This document shows positions 17,729 through 30,800 of a stretch of DNA of 64,000 bases, one piece after another (the first letter of the stretch is position 1; the number at the start of each line of letters is the position of its first letter). The notes below the pieces were generated by a model. It did not search any database. It was not told where the DNA came from and was given only the letters and a program-made list of their open reading frames with translations. Source of the DNA: Adineta vaga (Eukaryota > Animalia > Rotifera); assembly GCA_021613535.1 (NCBI GenBank), contig CP075496.1:9176001-9240000 (forward strand), written 5' to 3'. Both the position numbers and the translations under genes were made by a program.

Positions 17729-18546
17729 AAAAACGTAGCATTTAAATCAACTTACGAAGAGAAAAAGGAAAAAGAAAGCAAAGTAAAAAATGACATGTAC
17801 ACTTTTCTTTCCTTTCTTTTCATGGTTAATAATCATTTAAAACAAGAATCTGTTCATGTTCAATTATCCGTAAGATAACTGGTAAGGATATAAACTCTAA
17901 TATGTTTTACTTTCTCTTCTTTATAAAACAAATCAGCATGTAATAGATTAATGGCGACAAAAAACAGGAAATAACTTTTGCTAAATATCTTCCTACTATT
18001 TACACAACGTTTTTGTTGCATACCAAATGAAACACTTTCATTTTCTTTTCTTCTCTCCCTGAAGAAAAAAAAATAAAATCTTTTGATTCTTAAACTTTTT
18101 TTCCGAAAGAAAAAAGAAAGAAAAGTTATTATGTAAATGATTGTTGAATATTAAATGCTTTGATCGTATACCAGAAGAATATAATAAGATATTCTAAAAG
18201 ACGACAGTTTCGTCTTGTTCCACATTTTTTTATGCATTCTTTCTTTTTTGAAGACATCTTACACTATTTTCCGCGTGGTATTCACTAATTCCTGCTTTTC
18301 ATTTCACTTCTCGTCTGAGATCTATTAGTACAGTTAACTTTTACTATTTAAGCAGATTGATATTATTTGAATGTGTATAGATGAAAATAGTCTTTACGTT
18401 TGAAAATTGTAGGAATAAATCACAATATTGATATCTGTTGCATTGTTTTTTCTATGCAAACATTAATTTGTTATTCTATGGACATTATTTCTGCGCACGA
18501 TGAATGTGATTAGATTTTTTTCTTTTCAGGTATTATATCTCCTTCG

Positions 18547-19404
18547 ATGTTCAATCTATCAATCAAACATACATGGACGAAAGTTAGTCTAATCGGTTTA
18601 TCGATTAGTATGGTTTACTTCCTAGTTAATTATAAATATCTAACTTCTGACAGTACAATTCCAGCAACTCAAATATCACAAGAGAAAATTCAAGTGCAAC
18701 CAAAAGCATATATAATTACTGCTGATTGTAATTCAGCACGTTTTAATTCGACGAAAGATAATATTGAACATGCATTTCCAAATTTTTTCGAAATCATATG
18801 TTTTTTATCAATCCCATTAAATGATTCTCGAATATATTCTGCATCATCGGCAATATTATTTAAAAAATGGTCATCAAATTTATTAACTTTTATTGATCTT
18901 TGGACTTATGTTATTCCTACACATTCAGTTGGTAATGAATTACAATGGTCATTTATTTTTGAAGATGATGTTAATTTTTGTAAACCATCGGAAGTTTATT
19001 TGAAAAATTTCATCAGTCCATTACAAGAAATGATGTCTCATCCTGGTGTTCAATTAAAAGATGGATTCTTCTATTTAGGTATTTGTGGACCCGAATATAG
19101 TAATCATACTGAAACAATCATATTGAAAGATACGAATAGTACTTTAATTAGTAAACGAAATTATGGATATTGTCTTCATGCAACTGCAATCACAGCAAAA
19201 CGATCTCTGACATTCTGGAGTACAATTGCTTCATATCGACCAAATGCTAATGAAAAATCACTTGATTATCAATTACGAGAATTTAGTATGAAGAGTACAA
19301 ATTATTTTTATACATTCGGAAGTAATTTTCATTATCCGCCGGGAAGTGGGCATTTTGGAGTGGCATTTCAAGATCGAGGAAAATTTTGGTCGACAGTAAC
19401 TTAG
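18547..19404 (+). CDS. Type II membrane glycosyltransferase, GT25-like
   Basis: N-terminal TM; AYII, FIFEDDV, FFYLG, CLHATAIT, LDYQL motifs. Confidence 0.65.
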   Translation: MFNLSIKHTWTKVSLIGLSISMVYFLVNYKYLTSDSTIPATQISQEKIQVQPKAYIITADCNSARFNSTKDNIEHAFPNFFEIICFLSIPLNDSRIYSASSAILFKKWSSNLLTFIDLWTYVIPTHSVGNELQWSFIFEDDVNFCKPSEVYLKNFISPLQEMMSHPGVQLKDGFFYLGICGPEYSNHTETIILKDTNSTLISKRNYGYCLHATAITAKRSLTFWSTIASYRPNANEKSLDYQLREFSMKSTNYFYTFGSNFHYPPGSGHFGVAFQDRGKFWSTVT

Positions 19405-19819
19405 TTAGGTGATTTTTCAACATGCATTTTTCTATTTCATTTTAAAACTTCTTAGGTAATGTAGTGATCTTTCTGCAATCATATCCTATTGATGATCAAT
19501 GTTTATGTTGCTCTTGTTTTCAAATGATTATTTTTCTGTTAGAAATAAAAATGATGAGAATAGTGCGAAATATAGTCGGGGTATTCTCTTTATTTAATGT
19601 TGTTCTTTCTCTCAATTTAAATATAAGATCAAGAACTTTAGTAATCAATCATAAACGTTCGATGTTCTAAATAACACTTTACATTATATACTCAAAGATC
19701 ATTTCATGAATGTCAATTTTTCGTCTTATCATTTGATTATTCATGTTTGACTATTAGAGTAACAATAGATTATCAATAAACAACGGAAATTTTACCAATT
19801 TGTTTTATTTTACAATTCG

Positions 19820-21495
19820 ATGAAAATTTTTGAAACTTCATCAAAACGCATCGTTATTATATTATGTATCATTGGAATATTCTCATTGATTACATTTGCA
19901 CTTGCTGCTGCGACTCTTGGAACACTCAATAGACGATTGAATTCAATGGTTCCGACGATGATGAATCCAACAAAGCCAAAAATTGATTCGGTTTTAGCAG
20001 AAACGATTCGTATTGACGATTTAATGAATCATTTAAAACAATTACAACGTATTGCTGATGAATCTAATGGTAATCGAGCTATTAATACACGAGGATTCAA
20101 TGAAACTGTCAATTATATTTATAATTATCTACAAAATCAAGTTAAAGATCTACAGGTTAAACGTCAAACATTTCAATTAAAAGATTTTGTATTAGCAAAA
20201 AATCCAATTTTCTTTTCGTTAATTAACGGTATAAAAAAGAATTATACTTATTCAACAGTACTTGCTAGATCTGAATTTACTTATGTAAATTATTCTACGG
20301 CAGCTAATTTTACGGACTATATTTCTATTGTTCATATTCCTAATTATGGATGTAAGGAAAATGAATGGCAAAATGTTTCAGGTTTTGTTGCATTGATCAA
20401 AGGAGGTGGTAAATGCACATTCTCTGAAAAGAGTGTTCTTGCTAAAAATAACGGTGCAAAAGCTATACTCTTCTACAGTAATGGAGAAACTAGTAATAAT
20501 CTGGCACCATTAAATATACGTCTTCGTCAAAGCAATCAATTACCTGCATTATCGTTATCATATGCCGTTGGAAAAGCGTTAATAGATGCACTCACAACAG
20601 ATAGAGTTGCCGTTAAATTTGAGATAGAATTGAAAAATTTAGCGACGTTTCCAGTCGATAATATATGTGCTGATACTTTGAATGGTGATGCTACACAGAC
20701 AATTGTCATTGGAAGCCATAGTGATAGTGTTCCAATTGGACCCGGTATCAATGATAACGGTAAGTACTCTTCATTATACTATTTTCTTTTCTGTATTCTA
20801 AAATTTGTGCTATATTCTTAGGTAGTGGCACTGCGGCTAACTTAGTTTTGGCCACCAATCTCGTTCGTCTTTATCGAACGGCAAATTACACAAAGTACAA
20901 GTACCGTGTTCGTTTTTGTTGGTGGGCTGGTGAAGAAATTGGTTTGGCTGGTTCATCATATCATGTCCAAAATGCTCAAAATATGACTGAACCAGGGGAA
21001 CGTCTACAGGATTATTTATTAAATCTTAATTTTGATATGGCTGGGTCACCTAATTTTATCTTTGGCATCTATGATGCCAAAACAGCAGTTAGTGGCACAC
21101 CAGTAAGTGCACTTCCTGGAAGTACAAAAATCACAGATTTATATCGTGATTGGTTTATTCGACAAAATCTACCTTGGGATTATCGAGATTTTAATGGTCG
21201 AAGTGATTATGGTCCATTCTTAGCTGCAGGCATCGCTGCCGGTGGAGTAGCAACTGGCTCAGATGCCATTAAAACAGCTGCACAACGTGAAAAATATCGT
21301 CAGTCTATAGGTAAAAATAATGCAGGTTTCGCTGGTGCTATTCTAGATCCATGTTATCATCAATCGTGTGATACATTGACCAACATTCATTTATATGGAT
21401 ATGAAAAACTTGTACAAGCAGCTGCATACGGACTCGAATGTCTCGGTCAACATCCAGATCTACTTCGATGGCTCTATCCTAATGGACGAACATAA
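19820..21495 (+). CDS. M28 aminopeptidase with PA domain (aminopeptidase Y/Streptomyces type); intron 20760-20821
   Basis: N-terminal anchor, GNRA, ALIKGGGKCTFSEK (PA domain), GSHSDSV, GPGINDNGSG across the intron, WAGEEIGL, NFDM, RSDYGPF, PCYH. Confidence 0.9.
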
Positions 21496-21591
21496 TAATA
21501 ATAATAGCTATCTGAGAAATGATACATTTGCAAACATGTCCGTATAGATTCAGTTTCTTCATAATATATTCAGTAAGAATCGTCTTCTTCT

Positions 21592-21655
21592 CCATCTTTA
21601 GGGGGTGGGTGTGAGTACTACATCTATATAACACCCACACCCAACCTCAAGATGG
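21592..21655. repeat. Telomere-hexamer hairpin element, copy A
   Basis: CCATCTTTAGGGGGTGGGTGTGAGT ... ACACCCACACCCAACCTCAAGATGG imperfect inverted repeat. Confidence 0.7.
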
Positions 21656-21944
21656 ATGGGTTTAACGGATTTTTATTTGATATATTTATCGATTGACGAT
21701 GGGGTAAGTATATCCTCTCTTTGGTCATATACACATTCACACTCAACAAAACTTTTTAACTCAATTTAAAATTAGCTTAACTATAAGCTTTTAATTTTCA
21801 CTTGTGAAAAACTACAAAAGATAAAAGATTTTTTAAGCGTTTTATGAAGAGACGAAATAGAATATTTTCGTGTTGTTATTTTATTGAAAAAATGTGATAG
21901 TGTTCCGATAAAGACGTAGATTTTCTACGATAAACAATGTATTG

Positions 21945-23993
21945 TTAAAGCCAGATTTGAATTTCTTTGGTAGAACATCGGAAACGACAAGGTCGACTAA
22001 GTGGATATTGATGTAGTTGTCGTCGGATTAAATGAGGAAAACAAGCGGTATCAGAAACGTCCAGATTAGAAAAGTTTATTTCAAGCCAAAGAAGTTGTTG
22101 TAAATGATCAACAATGAAATAAGATTAACAATCCGTTTTGTAGATTTATATTCTCCATCAATAATATGGGATGGTTCCCATCGCCAGTGAAGATATGAAC
22201 CAAAAACAGTAAATGACAGTGTTTTCAAACTAGAAAATTGATTCGACAGTAATATACAGAACCGTTGCACATTTTGTAATGTCCATAATACATCGAAGAT
22301 ATTCAATGATTTTATCTAATTCATGGAATATATATTTTAATTATGATGAATTTTAAAAGAAGATTTTAATCAACTGATAACTACATATCACTAATAAGTC
22401 ATTTTCTTTCAGCAAAATACAATTCCTTAACTGCTGATTGATATGCGTCCCGAAATAATCTTTATTATGCAGTATCGTACGAAAAAGAACTTCCCTATCA
22501 TCAAATATATCTAATGTATGTACATTGGAAGCCATTCTCAATATTGATCGTAATGTATGTTGAGTAATAACATCGCTATCATTGATTTCAATATGTGTTA
22601 ATAATGACCAGGGTATTAACGACGATATCGAACTTCGAATATTGCCAAGATCTCGAATATATTTCCTCTTTTTAAAGCCAAACAAAGATAATGTATTTAT
22701 TCGAGGAAATAAATTTTTGACATCAGTCGACTTTTGACTAAATCTAAATAAGATAACAGAAATGAGTTCAGATTGATGTTCTTCATAACTGTTAACTTTT
22801 TCTATGTACTTTTCAAGATTTGTAGAAAATATGTATGCGGTGTAACAACTTTGTCTTTATATGGAAAAGTATATATCATAAAAGAATGACATGTATGACT
22901 AATACCATAATTTTTATATTTTTGAACGAAAAATCTCGGTCTTTGTCGATCAATAAATGGAACTTTTAAAAATGAATTGAAAACGAATTTATCTTGCAAA
23001 TCGTTTTCAACATTTAATAGTAGACTAAGACTATATGTTGCCATTGGTTTAAGATGATCAATGCATAATTGTTGAATCATGTCACCTGATATAATCAATG
23101 GATCAGATATTAACATGCATACTTCCAATTTTAATGCTAAATGATCAAGTTGACCGAAAACAGACGATAGTAGTGTAACCATTCGATGAAAACTTATGCT
23201 ATCCAAACAATACATGCTCAGAAGAGATAAATATCGAAGATGATGCGCATTAATGGTAACAGGTAACCTTAAAAGATTCACAGAAACGATTATTTCTGTA
23301 CATTTTATAGTATTTACATACGTGATTTTATTATCGTTCTCGTGATTATCTCGATCTCTTATGGTAAAAGAAAGGTTTTCAATGAATGGTATACATAATA
23401 GTAAACGTTCGAGAAACTGTGACGTATGAATACCAATAGTTAAAGTTCGAAGTTGATTTAGATTTAATAAATTTGATAAAACAATTTCATATTTTAATGA
23501 ATAATTTCCTATAGAATCCATACGTCTGTCATCATAATTAAATGGAAGTCGGCAAGTCTTTAGAAAAGGCATTCGTGAACAAACCTTCAAGAAAATAAAA
23601 CCAATTGCATATTAAATCTGGAAAGATTAGCTCATTTCTTACTTTTACTAAATCACTACGTAACAATTTATCGAATACATGTGGTTCGATGTCAATTAAA
23701 TCTAAGCGTTGAAGCAATGTCATTTGGGTAGATCAAGAAGAAGATAAAACGAGCGACCATCCACCAATTGTATTAGTTAATGTTACACGTAATGAGACAA
23801 TACCACTTCCTATTATGTTCAAAACATTATGGCAATAATCGTTAAACATCAATAATGACATTGTTGATCCATCAATATGAATATTCCACAAATATGCATT
23901 TGTTATCACTCTTGCGAAATGTTTATTTAAGGAGAAAAATGATTGAAGAATATCAATTGGAGATAAACATCGATATATAATATATTGTTCCAA
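21945..23993 (-). pseudogene. F-box/LRR-like protein pseudogene, paralogue of 34450-36621
   Basis: Shares LRTLTIGIHTSxFLERLLLCIPxIENLSF, PWSLLTxIEIN, STKRI, PHLIRRQL with copy 2; frameshifts near 23735 and 22110, about 28-aa deletion after DKLLR, damaged start. Confidence 0.75.
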
Positions 23994-26772
23994 ACGTATG
24001 TACGGAATTTTTCATCTTCTATTTCATATCTATCTGTATTCGTTCTTCGACATCTACTGAAAACAAATCGAGGTCAATCCTATTAGTCAAAGAAAACAAA
24101 TAAAATATCTATTAAAAATTTATTTTTCAAATGAGAACCAACATAATTTATATCAGATGAAAATAGTCGAAAGGTTTCTCAAATAAAAAAACAGATGTTG
24201 AACTTAAAAAAAATCTTTTATTATAATGATGTTAATTTTAATAATTGATCTTTTTAAATCAAATCACTAGATAATATCAGTTACCAAACTCTAGTAGAAA
24301 CGTGTTCAGGTGTTGAGGATTGTGCGCTCGAATTAAACCATCATTTCCGAGTGTAATGCATGTTATGCATTTAAATTTTCTTTTGTGGTTGTCTTCTGCA
24401 TTCAAGTATAATCGATATGACTGCTTTTTCCAAGCAAACCTAATCAAATGAATATTCAGGCCACCTTTGAGAGCACACCTTGTTGTACATAAATACATAT
24501 TCTTTTGTATATGCATTATACCCATAAATGTCAAACGAGCATTATAATGGATAATCGAAGTCCTCAACATTCAACACTTCTTGTGTTGAATTTGATAATA
24601 CAACGAATATATTTATATTCATATTTTATTCTTTGGAATTGTTTTTATTGTTCTTGAAGATGTTAAAGAATCTGAAGAAAAAACATGATGTAAAAAGAAT
24701 AAGAAACGAATCGAGTTCGATAGTGATATTAAGATGATGTGTACGTCGATATAAATACAATCTTAACTAAACAAGCATAATTTAACAGAAAAGAATAGGA
24801 AGAGAAAATACAACAGTCACGTTTTATATAGTTCGATATAGAAGAAAAATAATAGAAAAGAAATAGCTATAAACCATTATTAGAGAGACAAATGTGTTTC
24901 TTTCGAATGTCCGTAGTTTATTTAGTAAAATGTAAAAACACACACACGTCACACCACCCTCTTCTCTCTAACACTTTACTGAGAAAAACATGTATATATA
25001 TATATATATAATCACACAAAGAAAAGTGAATACACATATATCACGAATAAAGAGAAGAAAGAGATGATATCATCAAAAGAAAGGATCTAGGTCGAGAGAG
25101 AGATGAAAGACGAGATCAATGGAAAGAAAAAATAATAGAAAAGAAATAGTTATAAACCATTCATAATGAATTTAATCTCTCATACTTATTCAACATTAAA
25201 ACAAAGCCATGTTTCCTATGATTTGCAAAAAGAAACCTTAATTCAAATAATTCAAATTTTAAATTAATAGTTGAAAATAAAGTTCAATGCAAAAGTAAAT
25301 AAACATAACAGGATTTTTATTGAACAAATATTTTGAGATCGAGTGTGTGTGTGAGAATATTCTCTCTTTGATTATGCACATCCACATCACGTCACTACCA
25401 AATTATTTCTCAAAGACAGTGTAATTATTCCAATTTGACCAATTCGTCATCTTTTGTGTTCGTTTTTTTTATTCGATTCTCATCGTTCTGAATTATTCAC
25501 TTCTCTCAAATTTTATCTAGATTTTTATATTAAAAAAATTATGCAACAATAACAATATTGATATTCATAAGAAAAGGTTGTTTTTCTCCTTGAAAAATTA
25601 TATAACGAAAAAGACATAGTAAAACTCCTCCTAATGAACAACTCTCTTGAGTGATCAACCTCTCATACTTAATACCCTGCGGTCACACCGATAGAATTTT
25701 GCTGGTTTTCGTAAAGAGGTACCCATTCTGTAGGATGAGCAAAATCATTGTTCATTGTATACAGCGAATTATAATCTTACCTTTCCGGTTCAACATCAAG
25801 TGTCCTATCAATGACTTGTTCTAACACATCTGGTGGTGGTTGATTCGAAAAGAGAAAGTTCAAACCGCCCGATATATCTTCTAAGCAGTGATAGATTATT
25901 CGAAGTCATAAATATACATATATATCTTTACCATTTAACAGAATTGTATGTGATCTAACTGCTATAGCTTCGAACATGTTTTTCCACAAACTCTGCAATG
26001 CATAATTTACATGTGTTGTTGTTTATTTCAACTTGGTCAGAAATCTACTTGTCGAATATTCATTACTTTTTCATCTAATATCTGTATAAAAAACTGATAG
26101 ACGTTTACACTTTAGGCTTGTTTCTTACTAAAAATAATACAAGTGTAGGAGAATGTAAATATTACTGATGCTGTCATCTTGTTATTTAACTATGCGCGTT
26201 GTCCTTAGTTCATCACATGAATTTTCAATAAATAAAATATATCAGTCTTGATGTGATGGTAGCATTATATTCCCAAGATAGAAAAGAAACATATCTTTCT
26301 GCTTTGCATTAGCTAAAATATTATGTCTTTTTTTATTCCTGTTTTTCAAAATAATGGTTAGTCTTAGTTTTTATCTGCGCATTAGTTACTTTTATATCTG
26401 TAGCCGAACTTGAAGATTGTTATAGAAAATGAGTGTGTGTGTGTGATATGTCAGTTTATGTGAATTTCATTCTACTTATATCAGCCATGAGAAAGAATAA
26501 TGACGACAATGAAAGAAAAAAAAACAGAATGACACGTAGATGATTTCTAATTAAGTATACAATACTTATTCTTGACTATATATAATGCTTCTTTATTATA
26601 TTATTTTCAAAGAAACAGAAATGTTTCTTTAGCGAAGACTTACTATTATGGTATCTAGTAAAATCAAAATAAGTTTTGAGAAATTCTTTGTTTTCAGAGT
26701 ATCGAACGTGCTTTATGGACGTTTTTATTCATTTCTCTTTGTACTGAAACACAGTTTATTATATTATTCCAG

Positions 26773-27657
26773 ATGCTCAACTCAACAACGACTGCCGCTA
26801 TATCGATTAATATTATATCAGCTATTATTGCTTTCTTTGCCTTTATTATAAGTCTATTTTTTCTCTCAATAACTATCTATCGATTAGTAACTATGCGTAT
26901 AGGGAAGAGCGAACGTCTTTCATTGTATTTAACATTAAACACATTATGTGCATTTATATTGATGTTCATTATACTATTAATACATGTCAATCTAACAACA
27001 ATGTGTCATGATTTTAATATTGATTCATTTAGATGGGAAACAGATTCAATGGAATGTCGCGTTTTCGGTTACATATTCTTTTGTGTGATTTCCAGCGTCT
27101 TTTGGAGTTATGCTTTACAAGTCATTTTTCGTTATGTACGCGTCGTTTATCCAATGAACTCATGTATTAATCATGTAAAACTTTATCTTTTTGTATTTAT
27201 TCCTATTCAATGGTTGATAGCATTTACTATTGTTATCCCTCTATTGACGTGTCTAAATGGTATTCATCTTCTTCTTCCGAATGAAATGTATTGTGGTGTA
27301 CAGTTTGAGAAATTTCCAATAGTAGTTTATACTTCAGTTGTAGAAGTCTGGATACCGATTATGATTATTTCTGTATGCTATCTCAGAATTATTCGAACAA
27401 TACAACAACGTTCATCAAAACAAATTCCTTTTGTACGTAATAAACGAGATTTGAAAGCAACTCATCGTATTATTACCATGATTTTCATACTAAGTATAAT
27501 GAACATACCAACAATTATATATCTTATGATTTTTTGGATATCTACTAATGAATTGAATCCTCTAATTTATCGTATAACTTGGCTTTCTCTATCATTTGGA
27601 TCTTTAATACTATGTTTTATGCTGCCGCAATTAGTGACACTTGTTCGTATATTTTAA
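26773..27657 (+). CDS. Rhodopsin-like (class A) 7TM GPCR, orphan, intronless
   Basis: Seven hydrophobic segments; Cys before TM3 (CRVFGY), QVIFRYVRVVYP at the DRY-equivalent position, ECL2 Cys, PIMIISVCY in TM5. Confidence 0.8.
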   Translation: MLNSTTTAAISINIISAIIAFFAFIISLFFLSITIYRLVTMRIGKSERLSLYLTLNTLCAFILMFIILLIHVNLTTMCHDFNIDSFRWETDSMECRVFGYIFFCVISSVFWSYALQVIFRYVRVVYPMNSCINHVKLYLFVFIPIQWLIAFTIVIPLLTCLNGIHLLLPNEMYCGVQFEKFPIVVYTSVVEVWIPIMIISVCYLRIIRTIQQRSSKQIPFVRNKRDLKATHRIITMIFILSIMNIPTIIYLMIFWISTNELNPLIYRITWLSLSFGSLILCFMLPQLVTLVRIF

Positions 27658-27824
27658 AGGTTGACAACATTCTGATGTAAATTATAGGATTATAAATATC
27701 ATTTCACATGTGTCTTTTGTTTTATATAAAATTCACGTAGAATATGAGTTTAAGTGATAGTTAAAGATAACAATGGTTCCATACACATTAACGTGTCTGA
27801 AGAACCAATTTAATTTGATTTCTA

Positions 27825-30800
27825 TTAACAAAAATCAGTCCATATCAAAGGTAAACATACTGCACGCGATACACAACACGAATTAACAATGCATATTGAA
27901 GTATTTGATGCACAACGATATGATGTATTATTGCATGACTCGAGAATTGAACATGAAATACCAGGTCCACAATAGCTTGTGTTATTCAATGTACGATAGT
28001 CAAAGCAAGGCATTGGTGATAAAACACAGGTGTTATTACTATTGTTTGAATTTGTGCGACATTTTTGTAAAGAACAATTTGATGCTGAGTTCCATGCTGA
28101 ATGAAATGATAGTGATAAACTAAATTCGACAATACCATCATTCTTATTACAAAAAACATTAGGTTTTTCAGTTGTTTGACCTAAAATAGGATGAAAACTG
28201 ACATTCAAAAGTAGAACTATTACGAAAAGCTGTATCAAAAATGTCTCTCATACATTAAATAGACTTACTATTAATTGCGTTAGAAAAATATTCACAATAT
28301 AATCCTGTCCATCCTGACGAACATGAACATTGATAAGTTGTTCCATTCACCATCATACAAGTTCCTGAAATCAAAGTAATCCTATAAAATTCCTCAGATT
28401 ACGTCTTTTCTTAAACTGACCACCATTCTGACATGGTAATAATGCACATGGATTATATGTAGTGCAATGTATTCCATCGTAATTAGGATTACATTTACAT
28501 GTATATGAACCATTTAAGTTTGAGAAGCAAATGCCATTTGGTGAACAAATATTTAAACAGCAATAATCGATAACCTGACAAAAAGCTCCACTATAACAAT
28601 TCTTACAATTACATCTAATTGTCGCATTTGAATATACTGAACAAGTGCCATTATTCAAACAGGGTTTCGATGCACACCAATCAACTGTTTATAGTTTCAA
28701 AAAAAAAATTTATCAATTCCTTTTCAAAACAAAAGTTGTATCTAACATACCATTTCGACAATCAACAGTAAGACCAGTATATGTTGGTGTTGTACTACAC
28801 CAAGGAAAACCAAAACCAGTTGTAGTACATGTTGTATAATTCACACCATTATATGTAAATGGAAAAGCACAACTGGTATTCACTAAAGTAAAAATACACT
28901 TGATTTTTTTTTGCGGAAATTATCATTGAACAAACCCGGAAAGTTTATTAAAGTTACTTTGATTCAACGATACAATATACGGACCTATTGTCCAATTTGA
29001 TTTGATTTTATTAGTTAATAGAATTTCAAAATCCAATAACGAAAAGTTTCCCAGTATAAGAAGTAGCATAACTTCACCAGATGAACTAGAATTATTTCTT
29101 TACAAATTCTTTAATTATTTCGATTCAAATTTACCTCACAGTAATACTATTCGCAATTACATTTCCATTTGTTATATTTATAATCGTTTGATTCATAGAT
29201 GAGATCAATATTGGATTGACTGGTGAAGTTTCATTTGAATAATTCATCAGATATATTGTATAAAAACGATTGGTCGGGTTAAAATTTTCACATAGACGTC
29301 CATGGTATAGTACCGTACATTTGCACATGAAATCTTCTATATCATCGGGTCGACTGACGCAGGAACCATTATTTCGACAGAGTGGTGAATTAGTTTGACA
29401 AACATCTAAATACCGTTAGATATAATGTTACTTTTATGGAAAACAAAAACACTGTTCATCTCTTTGTCTTACCACGAAATCTACAATCTCTGCCTAATGT
29501 CTGTGTTAATTCACAAAAACATGTCCAACTCGTATCTGAAGCTACACATTTAATTGGGAAATTCAGTGTACTATTACATGGATTGGTTACATTTAATAAG
29601 TCACATGCTGTATATTGTACTGTAGGTAATCCATTTGTATCACATAATTTTCGATCAATTAATGTATAATTTTGTCCATAAGCACAATATGCAATACCAT
29701 TACTATCCAAGTGACATACTGATAGTAATTGACCATTGTATTCATAGGGAAACGTACAATTTGATGAAGCTAAAGAACAGATAATAGATGAAAGGATTTT
29801 TTTCGATTGAATATTCTTACGATTCAATGGTTGAATATCATCGATATCGACAAGACTACTAGAATCAAATTTTAAATTGAACTGTGCTGGAAGATAAGCA
29901 AGAATGGGTCGAATAAGATTCATAACAACAGTTCGACTGATATTTCCTTGAAATGACATATCTGCAGTCATTTGAACAAAATTTTCTCCATATGATCGAT
30001 AGCTAAAGATATAATATGAAATATTCGAATATCTTTATCTACGTATAGATAAAAGTTGAATTTACGTCGTAAATATCAATGGTAGAAAATCGTAACTTGA
30101 ATTCAATCGATTACGAATCAGATCTCGAAACATATACGACAAATCTTGATAAGTTTGTGTTGTCGGTGATTCCAAAGCATTTAATACTGTTGTAGACATA
30201 TTTGAAGCATGAAAAAGTGATTTTACTCGAAAATAAGCTAAAAAATCAATTTATATATCGATTAATAATCATATTTCAAATGAATAAAAATTGTACCATG
30301 TGTGCATAATTGTCCTGTATAACCATTAGTACAATTACAGATAAATGAGGGGTATGAAGTGCCATTCGATGTCCATCGAGTGAATGGAACACAAACACCA
30401 TATTTACATGGTTTTTGTGCACAGTAATCAACTAGAACGAAATGATTCCATCTCTTCTAATAAGCGAATATCTTTTCATACTTTGACAACTTCGTAATGA
30501 ACCTTGCGCATTTCGACACCACGGTATAGCTCCATTCATATAATCATTTGTTGTGATACACGTATTTTGTGTTCGATTTTGATTATCGACAAATGGAAAG
30601 ACACAACCAATAGTAGCTATCAAGAAAAAAGATATTAATAGGAAACATTCACATGAAGATTCTCTTACTATATTGACAGTAAATTCCTCCATAACTCGGT
30701 GCACAATTACATCGGAAATAATCTTTTGATAATGGAACACATATACCATTATTCAAGCAATTAATAGCACTACATTGCAAAACTATTCAAACGAAGATGA

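Noticed and set aside
24277-24570. 97-aa minus-strand ORF
   Set aside because: No motif and a non-ATG start; probably chance
25690-26075. Three exon-like minus-strand segments (e.g. EDISGGLNFLFSNQPPPDVLEQVIDRTLDVEPE)
   Set aside because: In-frame stop upstream and no recognisable family; possibly a relic gene but cannot be supported
27825-28238. Separate small secreted Cys-rich gene
   Set aside because: Non-ATG start; the apparent signal peptide lies in an intron following the last EGF exon, so it is more likely the 3' end of the mosaic gene
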